Assembly: GCF_039654945.1 (NCBI RefSeq)
Contig: NW_027361698.1
Span: 22,382,001 to 22,446,000, forward strand
DNA length: 64,000 nt
Source: Dendrobates tinctorius
Lineage: Eukaryota
Reading direction: 5' to 3'
The notes below the pieces were generated by a model. The model saw nothing but the letters and a program-made list of their open reading frames with translations, made no database searches and was not told where the DNA came from. Position numbers and translations under genes: made by a program. Shown in pieces: positions 11,088 to 24,896 of this stretch (positions are counted from its first letter, which is position 1; each line of letters begins with the position of its first letter).

Positions 11088-12488
11088 GGCTAGTATAGTC
11101 ATATGTGAAATAACATGGACTAGTATAGTCATTCAAAGGCCTAGTGTAATAACTCTAGTTTTACCAAATAGAATCTGGTTTCATGAAAAACAAATTGTTG
11201 AAACTTGTCTAAAAAATAAAGTTTCTTTCTAGTTTCACCACTTTGTTTTTGGTGAAACAAGATGCTAGTTGTTTAAAATGCTAGTTGTTAAAAATCGAGT
11301 TATTACAGTAGGCCTTGGTATGACTATACTAGGCCGTGGTATTTCACATATACTACTAGCCCCAAGGCCTAGTATACTCATATTTGAAATACCACGGCCT
11401 AGTATAGTCATTCCAAGGCCTAGTGTAATAACTCTAGTTTTACAAAATAGAATCTGGTTTCATGAAAAACAAACTGTTGAAACTTGTCTAAAAAATAAGT
11501 TTCTTTCTAGTTTCACCAGTTTGTTTTTGGTGAAACAAGATGCTAGTTGTTAAAAATCGAGTTATTACAGTAGGCCTTGGTATGACTATACTAGGCCGTG
11601 GTATTTCACATATACTACTAGCCCCAAGGCCTAGTATACTCATATTTGAAATACCACGGCCTAGTATAGTCATTCCAAGGCCTAGTGTAATAACTCTAGT
11701 TTTACAAAATAGAATCTGGTTTCATGAAAAACAAACTGTTGAAACTTGTCTAAAAAATAAGTTTCTTTCTAGTTTCACCAGTTTGTTTTTGGTGAAACAA
11801 GATGCTAGTTGTTAAAAATCGAGTTATTACAGTAGGCCTTGGTATGACTATACTAGGCCGTGGTATTTCACATATACTACTAGCCCCAAGGCCTAGTATA
11901 CTCATATTTGAAATACCACGGCCTAGTATAGTCATTCCAAGGCCTAGTGTAATAACTCTAGTTTTACAAAATAGAATCTGGTTTCATGAAAAACAAACTG
12001 TTGAAACTTGTCTAAAAAATAAGTTTCTTTCTAGTTTCACCAGTTTGTTTTTGGTGAAACAAGATGCTAGTTGTTAAAAATCGAGTTATTACAGTAGGCC
12101 TTGGTATGACTATACTAGGCCGTGGTATTTCACATATACTACTAGCCCCAAGGCCTAGTATACTCATATTTGAAATACCACGGCCTAGTATAGTCATTCC
12201 AAGGCCTAGTGTAATAACTCTAGTTTTACAAAATAGAATCTGGTTTCATGAAAAACAAACTGTTGAAACTTGTCTAAAAAATAAGTTTCTTTCTAGTTTC
12301 ACCAGTTTGTTTTTGGTGAAACAAGATGCTAGTTGTTAAAAATCGAGTTATTACAGTAGGCCTTGGTATGACTATACTAGGCCGTGGTATTTCACATATT
12401 ACTATACTACTAGCCCCAAGGCCTAGTATACTCATATTTGAAATACCACGGCCTAGTATAGTCATTCAAAGGCCTAGTGTAATAACTT
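11088..12488. repeat. 262-bp tandem array (~5.3 units) between the two convergent Harbinger genes
   Basis: ATGCTAGTTGTTAAAAATCGAG recurs at 11278, 11540, 11802, 12064, 12326. Each unit contains a ~53-bp inverted repeat. Confidence 0.97.
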
Positions 12489-12855
12489 TTAATGGAGCAG
12501 ATTACATTCATCCACTCAATGCTGACTTGTATTCCCCATGGACTTTCATTGGGGTTGGGTTTTGAGTGTTGTGTTTTGAGAAAATCACATACTTTGTTTT
12601 AAACTATTTGCACAATTTTATCTTGAAAAAAAATGGTTTCCTGATTCATGGCCTGCAGCTTTGCTCATTCCAATATATTTAACGCAGACTAGCAATGCTG
12701 CATTTTAACTCGTATGTGTATTTACCTGCCCAGGTGTGTGAACATAACAAAATTCAGTTATACATGGGAAGTTTTTTAATTAATCGGAGTTTAAAAAATA
12801 TAGTGCACTCAGTAATGGTATCAAATAAGGATTTTTATTACCATAAACAACAACA

Positions 12856-14243
12856 TTACACCATTTCATCTTGCCAGTGCACCCGTCCTACATCAGAAAT
12901 AAAGTAGGCCGCAAATTTGTCCCTCATTTGGCCAACTTCAACGGATGACCTGAGAGTGTGCTGAGTGAATTCAGGCAATGGGTTAGGAGCATCATCGTCC
13001 AGTTCAAAGGTCGGGTGCTCTTTAGCCATCACAAAGTTATGTAGAACCACACAGGCCTTCACCACCTCATCGACTGTTTCAAGTTTAAGATTAATGGCCG
13101 TGCCCAGAATTCGCCATCTGGAAACAAGAATCCCAAAAGCACACTCGACAGTTCTTCTGGCCCTGGTCAGCCTGTAATTAAAAATTTTTTTGGTGTGGTC
13201 CAAGTCCCGGCTGGAGTAGGGTTTCAGTAAGTTTCCGCACATTTGAAAAGCCTCATCGCCAACCATTACAAAGGGCAGTGGCGGAGCTTCGGTGTGAGGA
13301 AGAGGCCGTGGCATAGGGAAATTAAATTGGTTGCCATACAACCTCCGGCCCATGTCTGAGTTTTTAAAAGCCTGCGAGTCATTACCACGGCCAAATGCTC
13401 CAATGTCCACTGCTACAAACATACATCCGGCATCCGCAATTGCAATGAGTACTATTGAAAAGTACTTTTTGTAATTATAGTACTCAGATCCCGTTCTTTG
13501 GGGTTTGATGATCCGTATGTGTTTCCCATCAACAGCTCCCAAACAGTTGGGAAAATTGCATACTGTCCAGAATTTGTCAGCAATTTCCATCCACTTTTCA
13601 GCGGTGGGCAGGGGCATAAATTCTGGGCAAAGAACATTCCAGAGAGCCCGGCAGGTGTCAGCAACAATTCCAGACAAGGTAGAGATTCCAATACGGTACT
13701 GGAAGTGTAGTGAGGATAGGGTTTCTCCAGTCGCCAGGAATCTGTGAACAGACAAAGAAGTAAAATTAATATTTATGTATATTATTTTTAAAAACTATAA
13801 AAAAAATATTAGTACATTCACGAAAACTAATTACCCAAGGTTTTGAATACTAAATTTACAAAAAAAAACATCAGACCACACCCCTTTGTTTTTAAAACAT
13901 ACCGTAATGTCACCAGTAGCCGTTCCTCAGGAGGAATCGCACGACGGAGCTGTGTGTCCTGTCTCCGGATGGATTGTTGGACACGAGCAAGCAAATCCAT
14001 GAAACTTTCGTGGGACATCCGGATATAATCAGTAAATTTCTCCGGGTTTGCACGTAGCTCGCTGTAGAGGGTGTGGTATGCCCCACGGCTCTCCCGGAGT
14101 TCAACAATCGGATGTATCCACAAACGCCGCCGTCTTCGCTGCCTCTCTCTCTTCCTTTGTTCATGGCAAGCAACTGCATACGCCTGAGCCATCGCGATGT
14201 CCAAATCCAAGTTGAAGTGAAAACTCTTCCAGCGCAGATCCAT
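12856..14243 (-). CDS. Harbinger DDE transposase (HARBI1-like, DDE_Tnp_4 family), 408 aa; exons 14243-13903 and 13741-12856
   Basis: Splice joins VTL-R-FLATG (donor GTATGT, acceptor TTCACAG). Catalytic motifs GAVDGKH, VGDEAF, RRTVECAFG intact. TATA-like site ~14292-14299 and AATAAA (minus) at 12834-12839. Confidence 0.95.
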
Positions 14244-14710
14244 GGTCACGAGAAGAATCAAGCAAATGTGAAGAATACTGTAGACAGGGTGTATATATAT
14301 TAACATACCACACCCACAATGAAGTCCCATTGGTCTTGTGTGTTGTTGAATGGTTGTTTTTTCTTTTTTGTGGGGTTTTTCCAAAATCTGTAAAAAAACG
14401 CAAACGCACAAAAAACGCATACAAACGCGCAAAAACGCTGCGTTTTTTTCCTGCATGCGCATTAAAATGCTGGAAAAAAACGCAGCGTTTGTATGCATTT
14501 GTATGCGTTTTTTTAATGCGTTTTTTTGCGGGAAAAACGCGCTGCAAAAAAAAGCAAGTGTGAAACTAGCCTGATAGTGTAAATTTGCTACTTTTTTGTT
14601 TTACGGACAAAGTTACATGAATTTTCTCTTGTATTGTGGTCTCTGATATCAGTGTACTCATGGAGGGACTTATCAGGGTCTATGATTGCTGCCACTAAAA
14701 ATTAATATGA

Positions 14711-14912
14711 GGGCTCATACTCACCTGCGAGAGACTCGCACGATTCTCGGCCGGCACCCGGCACTGCCGCCGGCACTGGGACTGGAGCGTGCGGCTGCAT
14801 AGAAATACATCTAACCGCACACTCCGGTCCGAGTGCCAGAGACAGTGCCAGGTTTTCATGTGAGAGACTTGCACGAGAATCATGCGAGTCTCTCGCAAGT
14901 GAGTATGAGCCC
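14711..14912. mobile_element. Harbinger-type MITE (202 bp)
   Basis: TIRs GGGCTCATACTCACCTGCGAGAGACTCGCA / TGCGAGTCTCTCGCAAGTGAGTATGAGCCC; flanks TGA/TCA. Confidence 0.8.
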
Positions 14913-15047
14913 TCATACTTATCACCTCACCAGACTTTTTCTCCTGAACAATTGCTAATAGAAGCAAACAAATTTGAGTGTTTAAATTACTTTGCCAATA
15001 ACCTTAAAGGGGTTCTCTGGTCACATGACATAGATAAATGAGACTTA

Positions 15048-15479
15048 GGGCCCCGTTACACGTATCAATGTCCCAGCGATCCGACGTGGATGGGATCGCT
15101 GGGACATAGTTAGCTGATCGCTGGTGAGCTGTTACATAGACAGCCCCTCCAGCGATCAGGACCAGCGAGCAAGCTGGTTTCCAGGGTAAACAGCAGGTAT
15201 CTAAGAGCCGCGCGGCTCTTAGATACCCGCTGTTTACCCTGGAAACCAGCGTCCAGCGCCGCTAATCGTTGCTCTCCCACTGGCCAGCCTGCATCGCTGG
15301 CCAGCGGGAGACCACCAACGATCAAAAAACGGACCAGGACGTTTGAGCGCGATCAGCGATACCCGGCAGGGGGGCCGGTCGCTGATACATGTCACACACA
15401 GCGATGTCACTGGCGAGATCGCTGTGGCGTCACAAAATCAGCGATCTCACTGACGATCTCGCTGTGTGTGACGGGGCCT
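15048..15479. mobile_element. Harbinger-type MITE (CAGCGAT-rich family)
   Basis: TIRs GGGCCCCGTTACA / TGTGACGGGGCCT; TTA TSD; central palindrome at 15175-15250. Confidence 0.85.
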
Positions 15480-17830
15480 TTAGAACCTCATTACCAATCT
15501 GACATTGATGACCTATCTTTAAAACTATTCAGAAATTTTACAATTATGCCGCTGACATATGTGTCTATGGTTGCACACTACAAGCAAACTTGGTGTAGTG
15601 CAATCCTGTAGCCAGACACCTTTCTATTTAATTTCTGCTAATTCTTGCCAACTAAAATTGAATAAGGTATATAAAAAATGAAAGGGATTGTGTAATAATG
15701 ACAAGTCTGCGGTGACTCGGGCCCAGCTAGACGTGCCCTGGCCAGGAGTATGTCTATCGCATACGCGGTCACATGACTGCTGTTTCCGGGACAGACACTG
15801 ATGAATCCTCTCAGCGCTCAGTGCATGTGCTGGGAGGATTCTCAAGTCTGCAGTCACATAGTGTAACTGCAGACTGGTCATTTTAGACCTGAAAACCCAT
15901 TTGAGCACTTTCCAAAAAATACGAAATATATATAAAAATACCACATGATTTAAAGGAATTGCAGGCCTATATGTTTATTTCTTGTGGAAACAATAATGAA
16001 ACGTTCACTTTAAAATGCTTATTGCTTTGAAGGTACATTTGGCATGTGGGTAGGGTAGATTAATCATGGTTTCCCTCTAAACAGTTGTTGCCTTCTATCA
16101 ATGCATCTTGATCTGCCTTTCAAATCTCCTAAAGTTGGATAGCTGTAAAATGCTATAATCTTGACGTTGGTTGGGCTTTACACTCTGGAGGCTGAGAAGC
16201 CATTTAACACCCTCCCCTGGTGTCTCTTACTTAGCACATGTGGTTGAAGAACTAAATTAACTCTTTCATCATTATTTCATATATTTGTAAAGGTAAACTG
16301 ATAAAGTTGTAACTTTAGTTCTAACAAATATAGACATTGAAAAATGTGGCACTTTGTCTAAATGCCAAATATACGAAAAAATGAATGTAGTTTCAGAGAT
16401 ATGCCAAAGTTGAATTATTTATTAACTTGTTCTGCCACATATTAGTAGAGGAAAACAACACCAGATCTGATCAACTTTTACATAATTTTATCGGTGCAAA
16501 ACTGTATCTGACTTAATAGAACAATGTGGTTTTCCATGGGAGCAGTTCTTGTAACTTTGCCTAAAAATATGGCTCTGATTCATCAAGCAGTTTTTGTCAG
16601 TTTTCGGGTGTACAGTAGCTTGAAATGGTGCAAGACTATTGTGATTTTTTACTTTATACACAAGTCACTGACAGCTCTAACTACCTTTTGAAAAGTCAGC
16701 AGAACTTGGGTGGGAAGAGGCATGACTAAACAAGCCAGGCAAATTAATCATGATTTATGCCCCAAAAGTGCCATAGATTATGACATAAATATACCTTTCC
16801 GATGGTGGTGCAATGCAGGTGAAAAATGTGGCAAATTCAATAAGAGGCACACACATTTGGTGCTTCATACTTCAGTGAACTGTCTATGTAGACCGATGTA
16901 TAACACACCAATGATGATGAATTCAGGTCTAGTATTTAACAGAAAGGACAAGAAACATAATATTAATAATTGCAATAACTGTTGTATGGTTCTGGTGCAG
17001 CATTGGGCAGAAATTCGCAAATTGCATATCATAATGCAGTTTTCGAGCGGTGTTGGATTATCTTTGCAAATTCAGTGTTCTCCAAATATGACAACAATTT
17101 TAATAATATGGCACATATGTAACTCAAAAGAGATGCTATCAAAGTGCTTGATCCAAAGTCTGGGACTTGATTTGTGACCGCTTTTTTGCTGTGAGGAATA
17201 CATTTGCTGGGAATCAATATAATTGTTTTACTGTCTGTATTCAGGCAAACTTTTGAAAACCAATCATTCTCATAGCTTATGCTAGGTATCATATACACCT
17301 ATCTTATTTTGCTGTCACTATACTAAAATTATATATGTACTTTCCATATAAAAAATGTAAATGAATGAATATATCTTAGCTTCATTTTTCCACACAATTT
17401 AGATTTAAATAGTAACTTAGATTTGAAAATTGCATAACTAAAAGCCTCTAATTGCCTGGAAAACGTTCACTAAAATTTCCTCTTGTAGCCTATAGAGCCC
17501 ATTTGTAGCTCTGTAATGCAAACAAAGCCTGTTAAATGTCCAAGTGTCTTCAGCTTATCTGCCTTTGGGAAAAAGGTACCAAACATAGCAGTTTCAGGCT
17601 TTTTAAGCTATTTATTCTGTTAAGAGTCAAACATTTTAGATTTTTGGGGTAGATGTTTACCTTGCTTTTATTTATACGCAGTCAGTGCAAGCACAAACAG
17701 CCAAGGCATTTTTACAAGTTTAAGTTTCGTGCAAAAATCATCCATGTTTGGAAAGTAGCATTTTCATAAGCAAAGAAGCGATGGCTTTTTCACAAGCCAG
17801 CCCACAATTTATCACTTTAATGAGAGAGAC

Positions 17831-18325
17831 TAGAATTGAACGAAACAGGTCGGCCAGATTCATAAGTCGCAAAAGTCGGGTTTCGCGAAGCGAAACCCGA
17901 CCACAGCGTGAAGTCGGCCATGCGGTCTTCGACCTGAGCGCCAAAGTCGGTTTTCCCAGAATGCCTGCACGTGACTTTTTTTCAGCCAATGAGCAAGGAC
18001 ATGCACTGTGGGCAACGAGATGACATGTGCAGCATCCGGGGGGGAGAGAGAGAGAGATTTCGCTGCCTCTAGGGTTAAAATTCATGCCAGCGAAAATCTT
18101 CTGGGCATGCGCACTTTAAAAAAGCGGTCCGGCATGTAGTTGTGTTTACTGTACTCCACTCATTGCCGACTTTTATTCCCCATTGACTTGCATTGGGTTT
18201 CGTGTTTCAGTCGGACCTCCGACTTTTCACGATAGTCGGCCGATTTCGTTCGACTCGACTTTTGAGAAAGTCAGGTTTCATGAAACCCGACTCGACCCTA
18301 AAAAAGGCAAAGTCGCTCATCCCTA
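17831..18325. mobile_element. hAT-type MITE
   Basis: 8-bp TSD AGAGAGAC (17823-17830, 18326-18333); termini TAGAATTGAACGA / TCGCTCATCCCTA. Confidence 0.85.
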
Positions 18326-21169
18326 AGAGAGACAAAACAGGTGTATTGTTTTGAAGGAGAAAAAGTTATTGCTTCTCAACTAGGACTGAAAAAATATCCA
18401 AATATCCCTTTTTGGGGCCTACAACTGCTTTTCTAATCACAAAATGATAAGGAAATCACAAACTTTTTTTTATCAAGCCTTCCAAAATGTATCCCCTTCT
18501 TTAGGGAAACAAAACAAGAGTACTGTTTTCAAAGTGAAGAAAGTATGACTTGTCACCAAAACATTCCAAACATTAGCCCTATTTTGGGAGCTGTTTTGTT
18601 TGTGTAACCTCAAAAGAGTAAATTAGTAAATTTCCTGGCAGCAGCAGGACAGCCTAGCACTTTTAAACACAATGGGGAAATGTTTGGCTGGCATGGCTGT
18701 GCAGTGGCTGTGGTAGGAGCAACATGGCAGACACTTCAGAAGTTGCAGGTAAGAAGATGTGTGGCAGTTTAGAGCCAGAAATGGCATTCATTACAGAAGC
18801 AGTGTGACTGGAGTGGCTGTGACAGGAGCAGAATGTTAGAGAGTTAGAATGAAGCAGGCCAGAGATGTTTGGCAGTTTAGGGCCATAAATGGCAGCTCTG
18901 GCAGCAGCAACGCTACAGTAAAGATGACTTGATGGTCATGGAGTAGATGCTCTTCTGAGTGTGGTTCATCAACACTAGCAGCAGCAGAATGGTGTAGGAT
19001 ACAGTAATGGGCAGCACCATCTACACCTACTTGACTGATATCCATTATGCTGTGTGACATCAGGTAAAGGACACATTAGTCAAACAGAAGAAGAGGGTGC
19101 TGGGCAAGGAATAGGGCTGAAGTGGCAGAAGTTTCAGACTTACCATTGTTCTTCAGCATAATTTGCATATCAATTCAAACATTGATTTCAGATGAGTGGA
19201 TTGGCTATATAAAGGAATTGCTGGACTTGTTTTGAAAAAGCTAAATGCAACTCTAAATAGTTTGATAGGTGAAATACTGCTGACAGACTCCCTTCAAATG
19301 ACAGAAATGTATTGGAAAACTGTTAACTTGTTTGAAGAGATGTGTTAACTTGATAGCAGAGACTAAGGTATGAACAGCATTAAGAATACTTCTGAGAAGT
19401 TCATAATCTGGAGTTTTAATTGCAGAGTTATTGGTGTGGACTATACCTAGTACCTAGATAAATAAGATGGACTGAACTTGGAAACTATTTTGGTAGTAGA
19501 ATGGAAGTCAGGAGTAGCAGAGGTGATAATTAGACACCTGGCTGGAGCTGATCCAAGTGGAAGGAGAAGTAAACACATGACAAATACTAATCAAGAATAA
19601 TACTTTCAAAATATTCAGTCACATGTGTGCCTGAGCTGGCCTTAAAAGGCCTTGTGTCATGACATCAATGGTGTCTGCCCAGATAACATAGTATTCTGGT
19701 ATGGACTATTGTAACATACTGCAGGTGCTGAGGAAGTCGCCACAGATCAGAGACAGACCAAGATTTAAAGAGTTTATCTACAGGGAATAGACTCTCCATG
19801 TAGGGAGAAGCAGTGGGGGATTAAATGCGACAGAGTAGACAATATAAACAGCAAAATAGATTAAAGAAAGCTATTAAACAGTTAAGCAGCATTGAAATGG
19901 TTAAACTGGAATTATTATAACTTATCAGTCCGGGGAAGGCTTGATTGAAGGGTCTCTTTCTCCGACATTGGCACTGACAACAGCGGCACTTGCAGTCTCT
20001 GTAGTTTCTCCTCTGGATGAAGCTGGGACCTCCGGGGTTACAGTTTCTGTAGTCTTCTCTCAGGATAAAGCTGGATCCTCAAGGGTTACAGTAAGGAAGC
20101 AGGGAGATGCTGCGGAACTGAGTCTCCCCTGCTCTGAGTCTCTTTATGATACTCCGACTGTCTTTCTACTGGAAGGTTATTGCGCTTACTGAGAAGTCTC
20201 TCTGCCACACTCAGGGGCTCCGGCCTGTCACTGTGGTCACTGGGACTGTGCACTCGGGTCACTGTCTCTGCACTGTCAGGGGGGAGGTCTCCTCTGGTCA
20301 CGGAGGCTACCGAGTCCACCTACTCATACAGCATTCACTATGTCTCGTACTTCAGTCCCAGTCCTCTGATGGGGAGTTCTTTCTCTCTGGAAGCGTGGTG
20401 CTGCAGTCTGCTTTCTCTCTGTCATGCTCTGCTCTGTGCCTGGTGCGCTTTCCTTTCGCTCCCTCTGCCTGCACAGCTTCCGGTCCACCTCCCCTTCTTT
20501 ATCCTCACTGCCCCTTGCAGTCACATGGTCCAGTCGGTCCATGGCAGAAAGTCTTCAACCCGGCAACCCTGCTGTCTGACACAGAGCAGGAAAGGTAACT
20601 CTTTTTTGACTCTTCTTCCTCTTCACCCCCTTACACTAGCACAGAGCAAGTCAGCCATTGGGGAAGAAAGCAAGAGCATGCAAGTGACTAAAAACAGACA
20701 TATATGGTTATATATATTTATAATAATATCTAATAAAATTGTGAAATATTAGGGGTGTGTTAAAAATGTTGTACTAATTTCTAGCTTTCAAAACAAAGAA
20801 TATATAAACATCTCAATCAATAATAAAAATGATTTGCTGTCAAAACATACTTCATTACGTCTATAGTTGCCCTACCAGAACATAGAACCCAAATAATTTT
20901 GGTATTAGTTTTACTTTTGGTCTGTGGTTTATTCATAGTTTCAGTAGTTCTCTGCTCTTTATCTTTGTGCAATCTTTAAGAGTGATGCAAAAAGGTCCTA
21001 CAGGCTACTTGCTTCTGAATCTCAACCTACCATGAAGACCAGTGGTCACAAAATTTAGACATAACTATGTATGGTGTTTCAGATGAATGTAACCCAATGC
21101 AGCATGTGATATCAACCTAACTCTTCCACATTTATGTGCTACATCTGTGTCTTCATGCTTTAGTCTCAA

Positions 21170-21597
21170 AAAAGACATCGACATTTACAAGAGTTGTACT
21201 TTTGATCGACGCCATTGGTTTTACCATATTATGCACTAGAAAACGGGAAAAAAATTCCAAGTGCGGTAAAATTGCAGAAAAGTGCAATTCCACAATAGTT
21301 TTTTATTGTTTTTACCATGTTCATCAAATGCTAAAACTGACCTGCCATTATGATTCTCCAGGTCATCACGAGTTAGTAGATACCAAACTTGTCTAGGTTC
21401 TTTTTTAATTAAGTGGTGAAAAAAATCCAAAGTTTGGGTGAGGGCTTATTTTTTGCATGCAGAGTTGACATATTTAATGATAATGGTGTAGATACACTCT
21501 TTTGATTGCCCGTTATTGCATTTTAATGCAATGTCGCGGCGACCAAAAAAATGTAATTCTGGCGTTTTTACTATTTTGTTCGTTACGCCATTTACCG
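21170..21597 (+). mobile_element. Fragment of a large non-autonomous TTAA-type (piggyBac-like) element
   Basis: Resembles 44500-44990 and, reverse-complemented, 59300-60100. Confidence 0.5.
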
Positions 21598-21734
21598 TTT
21601 ATTTAATGTTTAATGTTCAGGGAGCTATGTATATAATATGTGTGTTTTGTGTTAGGACCTTAAGTCATGTGATGGGAATCTGACATTTGATTGGAGTAAG
21701 GTCCTTTTTATTGTTTAGTGATTCAGTGGTGTGT

Positions 21735-21776
21735 CAGCTTTGATAAAGATCGAGGCACCGATCAAAATGTGTCGCT
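21735..21776 (+). ncRNA. CpG-decayed hammerhead motif in PLE pLTR
   Basis: gc TTTGATAA A GATCG aggcac CGATC AAAATGTGTC gc. Restoring three CpG transitions gives GAAACGCGTC. Confidence 0.6.
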
Positions 21777-23364
21777 CATGTTCTCATGTGCATTATGGTG
21801 TAGTCCAGGAGCTGAATGTATTTTAATAATAATAATATGGAATAAATTTGGATTTTTATCAAGAGGAGCAGGAATACCAACTTTGTCTTTTTTCCATGGT
21901 CACATCTCACAGGACGGAGTTCCGTGCAGTTTCTGAAGACAGGTGAGCTGGCTTTTTTTCTTCTAATTTTGATTCGTATAGTTGTTTGCCTGGCACCCGA
22001 TCTTGCTCGTAAGTTATTGGACTAACACTAGAGCACTTGCATTAAATAACTTGAGTAAGGACAACACCTACATCACCATCTGCCACATTTTGATGTTTTG
22101 AAACATATTGGATTTATCCAGGAAAAGGTTTATTAAAGCTGCACAATTTTTTTTCTAATTTACCTGATGAGACAAATGATTCTCCTAATATACCTGATAT
22201 ACTAGTACAGCTGGAGCGTGATTCCCAGATGACTGAGAATAAAGAAAAAATCTACAACTACCTTCATGCAATTTTCGGATGAATGGAATAACATCTTACC
22301 TGTTCATTGAATCTTCTGCACCTTATCATTAAGTATGAGGAATCCAAATTATCTGACATCCAGAAGGAAATAGAAAACATCAAACAGATACTGGACACAT
22401 GCAATAGCACACGAAAACAAGATGATTTACTCAAAAAAAATGCATGAGACTGTAGCCAAGTTAGGAGATGATATCATGCAGAGAAAGAAACGAAAGTTTC
22501 AGCGTGATCTTGATGATTATTCTCAGAATAAAGTCTATGACTGGACCAATTGACAGTCCTTTTCGAAGTCACCAAAGTCTATTTTAAAGCGAACTGGTTA
22601 CAGAAAATCACCTAGCAAACAACATGTCAGTTTTAATTCATTTGACGGTAATTCATCTGACAATAACACCAGTATGTCAGATACGTCTCTTAATAGATCA
22701 ACTTATCACAATAAAAACAGATATTACAAGCCGGCAAAAAATGCAATAGGTGTGGCTGGCACAAGCACAGAAAGCTATTCTGGCATGCTGACACGCCGCA
22801 AGAGAAATTTCATGATGAGCTAGTGGCAAACAGTGTATTGAATCTTTCATCAAGGAATTTGACTGAGAATCAGTTGGAAGTGTCATATGGATTAAATTTT
22901 GTTCTAGATCAGGATTTTAATTTGTTTTCTACAATTTTGGATGTTAATAAATTTATTCGTAATCTTACGATAAGAAAGCATTTTTGGACAGAACAACCAG
23001 ATTGTTCTACTCAATCCATCTGTCGAATGAAAATGAATTCCATAAACTAGACTTCCAGGAAAAATCTCCCTTCTAACTTTACATGAATTGAATGGTGATA
23101 TGAACAGGCTGGGTGATATTATTACTTAGTCTAATAATTTAAAGGTTAAAAATCCATTTTTTTACCGGATACAGTCCAGATCAGAATGTATGGATAAATT
23201 CCAAGAGATTGTGGAACAAGAGCTTAAGTCATTGAAATACAATGATGAAAACACATATAGGAAAAGCAATCTTTCAAAAAGGAACCAATTGGCTATACAA
23301 GAACTTAAAAATATGACTATTGTCACTATAAAAATGTTGGATGTGAGGGGGTCATAGTTGTTAT

Positions 23365-24896
23365 TGTAACAACCCTGCTGGCATCGCTGCATGGCCTCCC
23401 ATTCCCCACTCACCAACTTGCTCACTGCTCCAGGCCATGCTGTGATTTCTGATTTCTGCCAGCTCCTTGCTTTGTCTCCTGTCTGCTGTGTTCATGTTTC
23501 CTTACTGTGTGTATAGGGGGGCGGCACCTGAACTCTCTGCGTCTTATGTCAGGGTGCACCTGGCTAATATGTCCCTGACCAATTACCAAGAGCCCTCTAC
23601 TATTTAGGGCTGCCTCACCCACTGGAACCTTGCCTGAGCAATGTCTAAACTCAGTTAGTTTCTTGCTGCTGAGTAAGCCAGGCCCCATCCTGTGTCTCAC
23701 CTTCTCTGAAGGCTCTTATTGCTTATGTCTTTGTCTTGTCTAGTACTTCTCTGTCCGCCCTCCAGGAGACAGAATATCCTGGTCCTTGTGTCCTTGGTCG
23801 TATACCTTGTCTCGCACCTTGCCTTGTCTGAACTCTGTCCTACCTCTGTCTGTCTATTTGTTTGTGGTTCCTTTCCCTGCTGTGTCTTTCCTGGTGTCCT
23901 CCCTGTCTGCTTGTGCTCTGTACTCTAGCGGTTCTGCTCTGTTCTGCCTGTGATCCACTTCTTCTGCTTCAGAACCTCTTGCTGCAAGCTTCTATCCACA
24001 GACCTTGTGGTTCAGCTTTGCTCCACTCCTGCTGCTGCAGAACCTCTTGCTGCAGCTTCTCTCTGCAGACCTTGTGGTTCCGCCTACTCCGCATTCCAGC
24101 AGCTCCGCCTACTCCACACTCCAGCGGCTCTGTCTACTCTGCTCTCCTGAGGCTCTGCCTACTCCACACTCCTGTGGCTCCAAACACTCCACACTCCTGT
24201 GACTCTGCCTGCTCCACACTCCTGCGGCTCCGCCTACTCCACACTCCTGCCTGCATCCTACCTGTTCCTTCATATTCCACTCCTTCCAATCTGTATCAGC
24301 ACTGGCACCCTCTGTGTGAACAGGTCTCTACTTGTTCCTTCATATACCACTCCAGTTTGCCCTGTGTCTCTCCCGTGCCAGCCTGCCCTGTGTCTCTCCC
24401 GTGCCAGCCTGCCCTGTGTCTCTCCTGTGCCAGCCTGCCAGTGTCTCAAGCTATGCCCGCTTGCCAGTGTCTCAAGCCGTGCCCACTTGCCAGCGTCTCA
24501 AGCCATGCCTGCCTCCCCTGTGTCTCAAGCTGTGCCTGCTTGCCATGTGTCTCAAACTGTGCCTGCTTGCCATGTGTCTCAAGCTGTGCCTGCTTGCCAT
24601 GTGTCTCAAGCTGTGCCTGCTTGCCCTGTGTCTCAAGCTCTGCCTACCTGCCTGCCTGTCAGTCACACCTGTCCAAGTGCTTTGTCCCCTAGTGGGATCG
24701 GCAGCCATAGCCAGACAGCACCCTGGAGTGGCACCCGGCAGCTACCTGCGGCACAAGCCTGACCTCACCATCAGAGGCTCCAGCAAAGACCAAGGTAGCT
24801 GTCGTAGTCACGCCCCTTCCAGGGTAGTCTGGTTTGTGGCACAGTGGGGCCACAACCCCCCGGCTCGCACCAACCCACCAAGGCACGAGCGTGACA
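23365..24896. mobile_element. Solo LTR (1532 bp, probably Gypsy) with internal minisatellites
   Basis: TGTAAC...GTGACA termini; 5-bp TSD GTTAT (23360-23364, 24897-24901); removing it rejoins the PLE RT region. Confidence 0.9.

Larger units (their letters stand above)
6658..14571. mobile_element. Full-length, apparently intact autonomous PIF/Harbinger DNA transposon (7.9 kb)
   Basis: TIRs GGCTGGTTTCACATTTGC / GCAAGTGTGAAACTAGCC; TGA TSD at 6655-6657 and 14572-14574; AAAACGC/GCGTTTT-rich subterminal regions; transposase and MADF genes tail-to-tail. Confidence 0.95.

Noticed and set aside
7769-12488. Palindromic repeat arrays beside a nuclease gene as a CRISPR-like system
   Set aside because: Units are identical head to tail with no unique spacers, there are no cas genes, and the context is eukaryotic.
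12856-14243. Host HARBI1 gene
   Set aside because: Lies between TIRs with a TSD and a MADF partner, so it is a transposon copy, not the domesticated gene.
19941-20752. GC-richer ORF cluster as a host exon or retroelement ORF1
   Set aside because: No recognisable domain or consistent frame; probably an old repeat fragment that I cannot classify.
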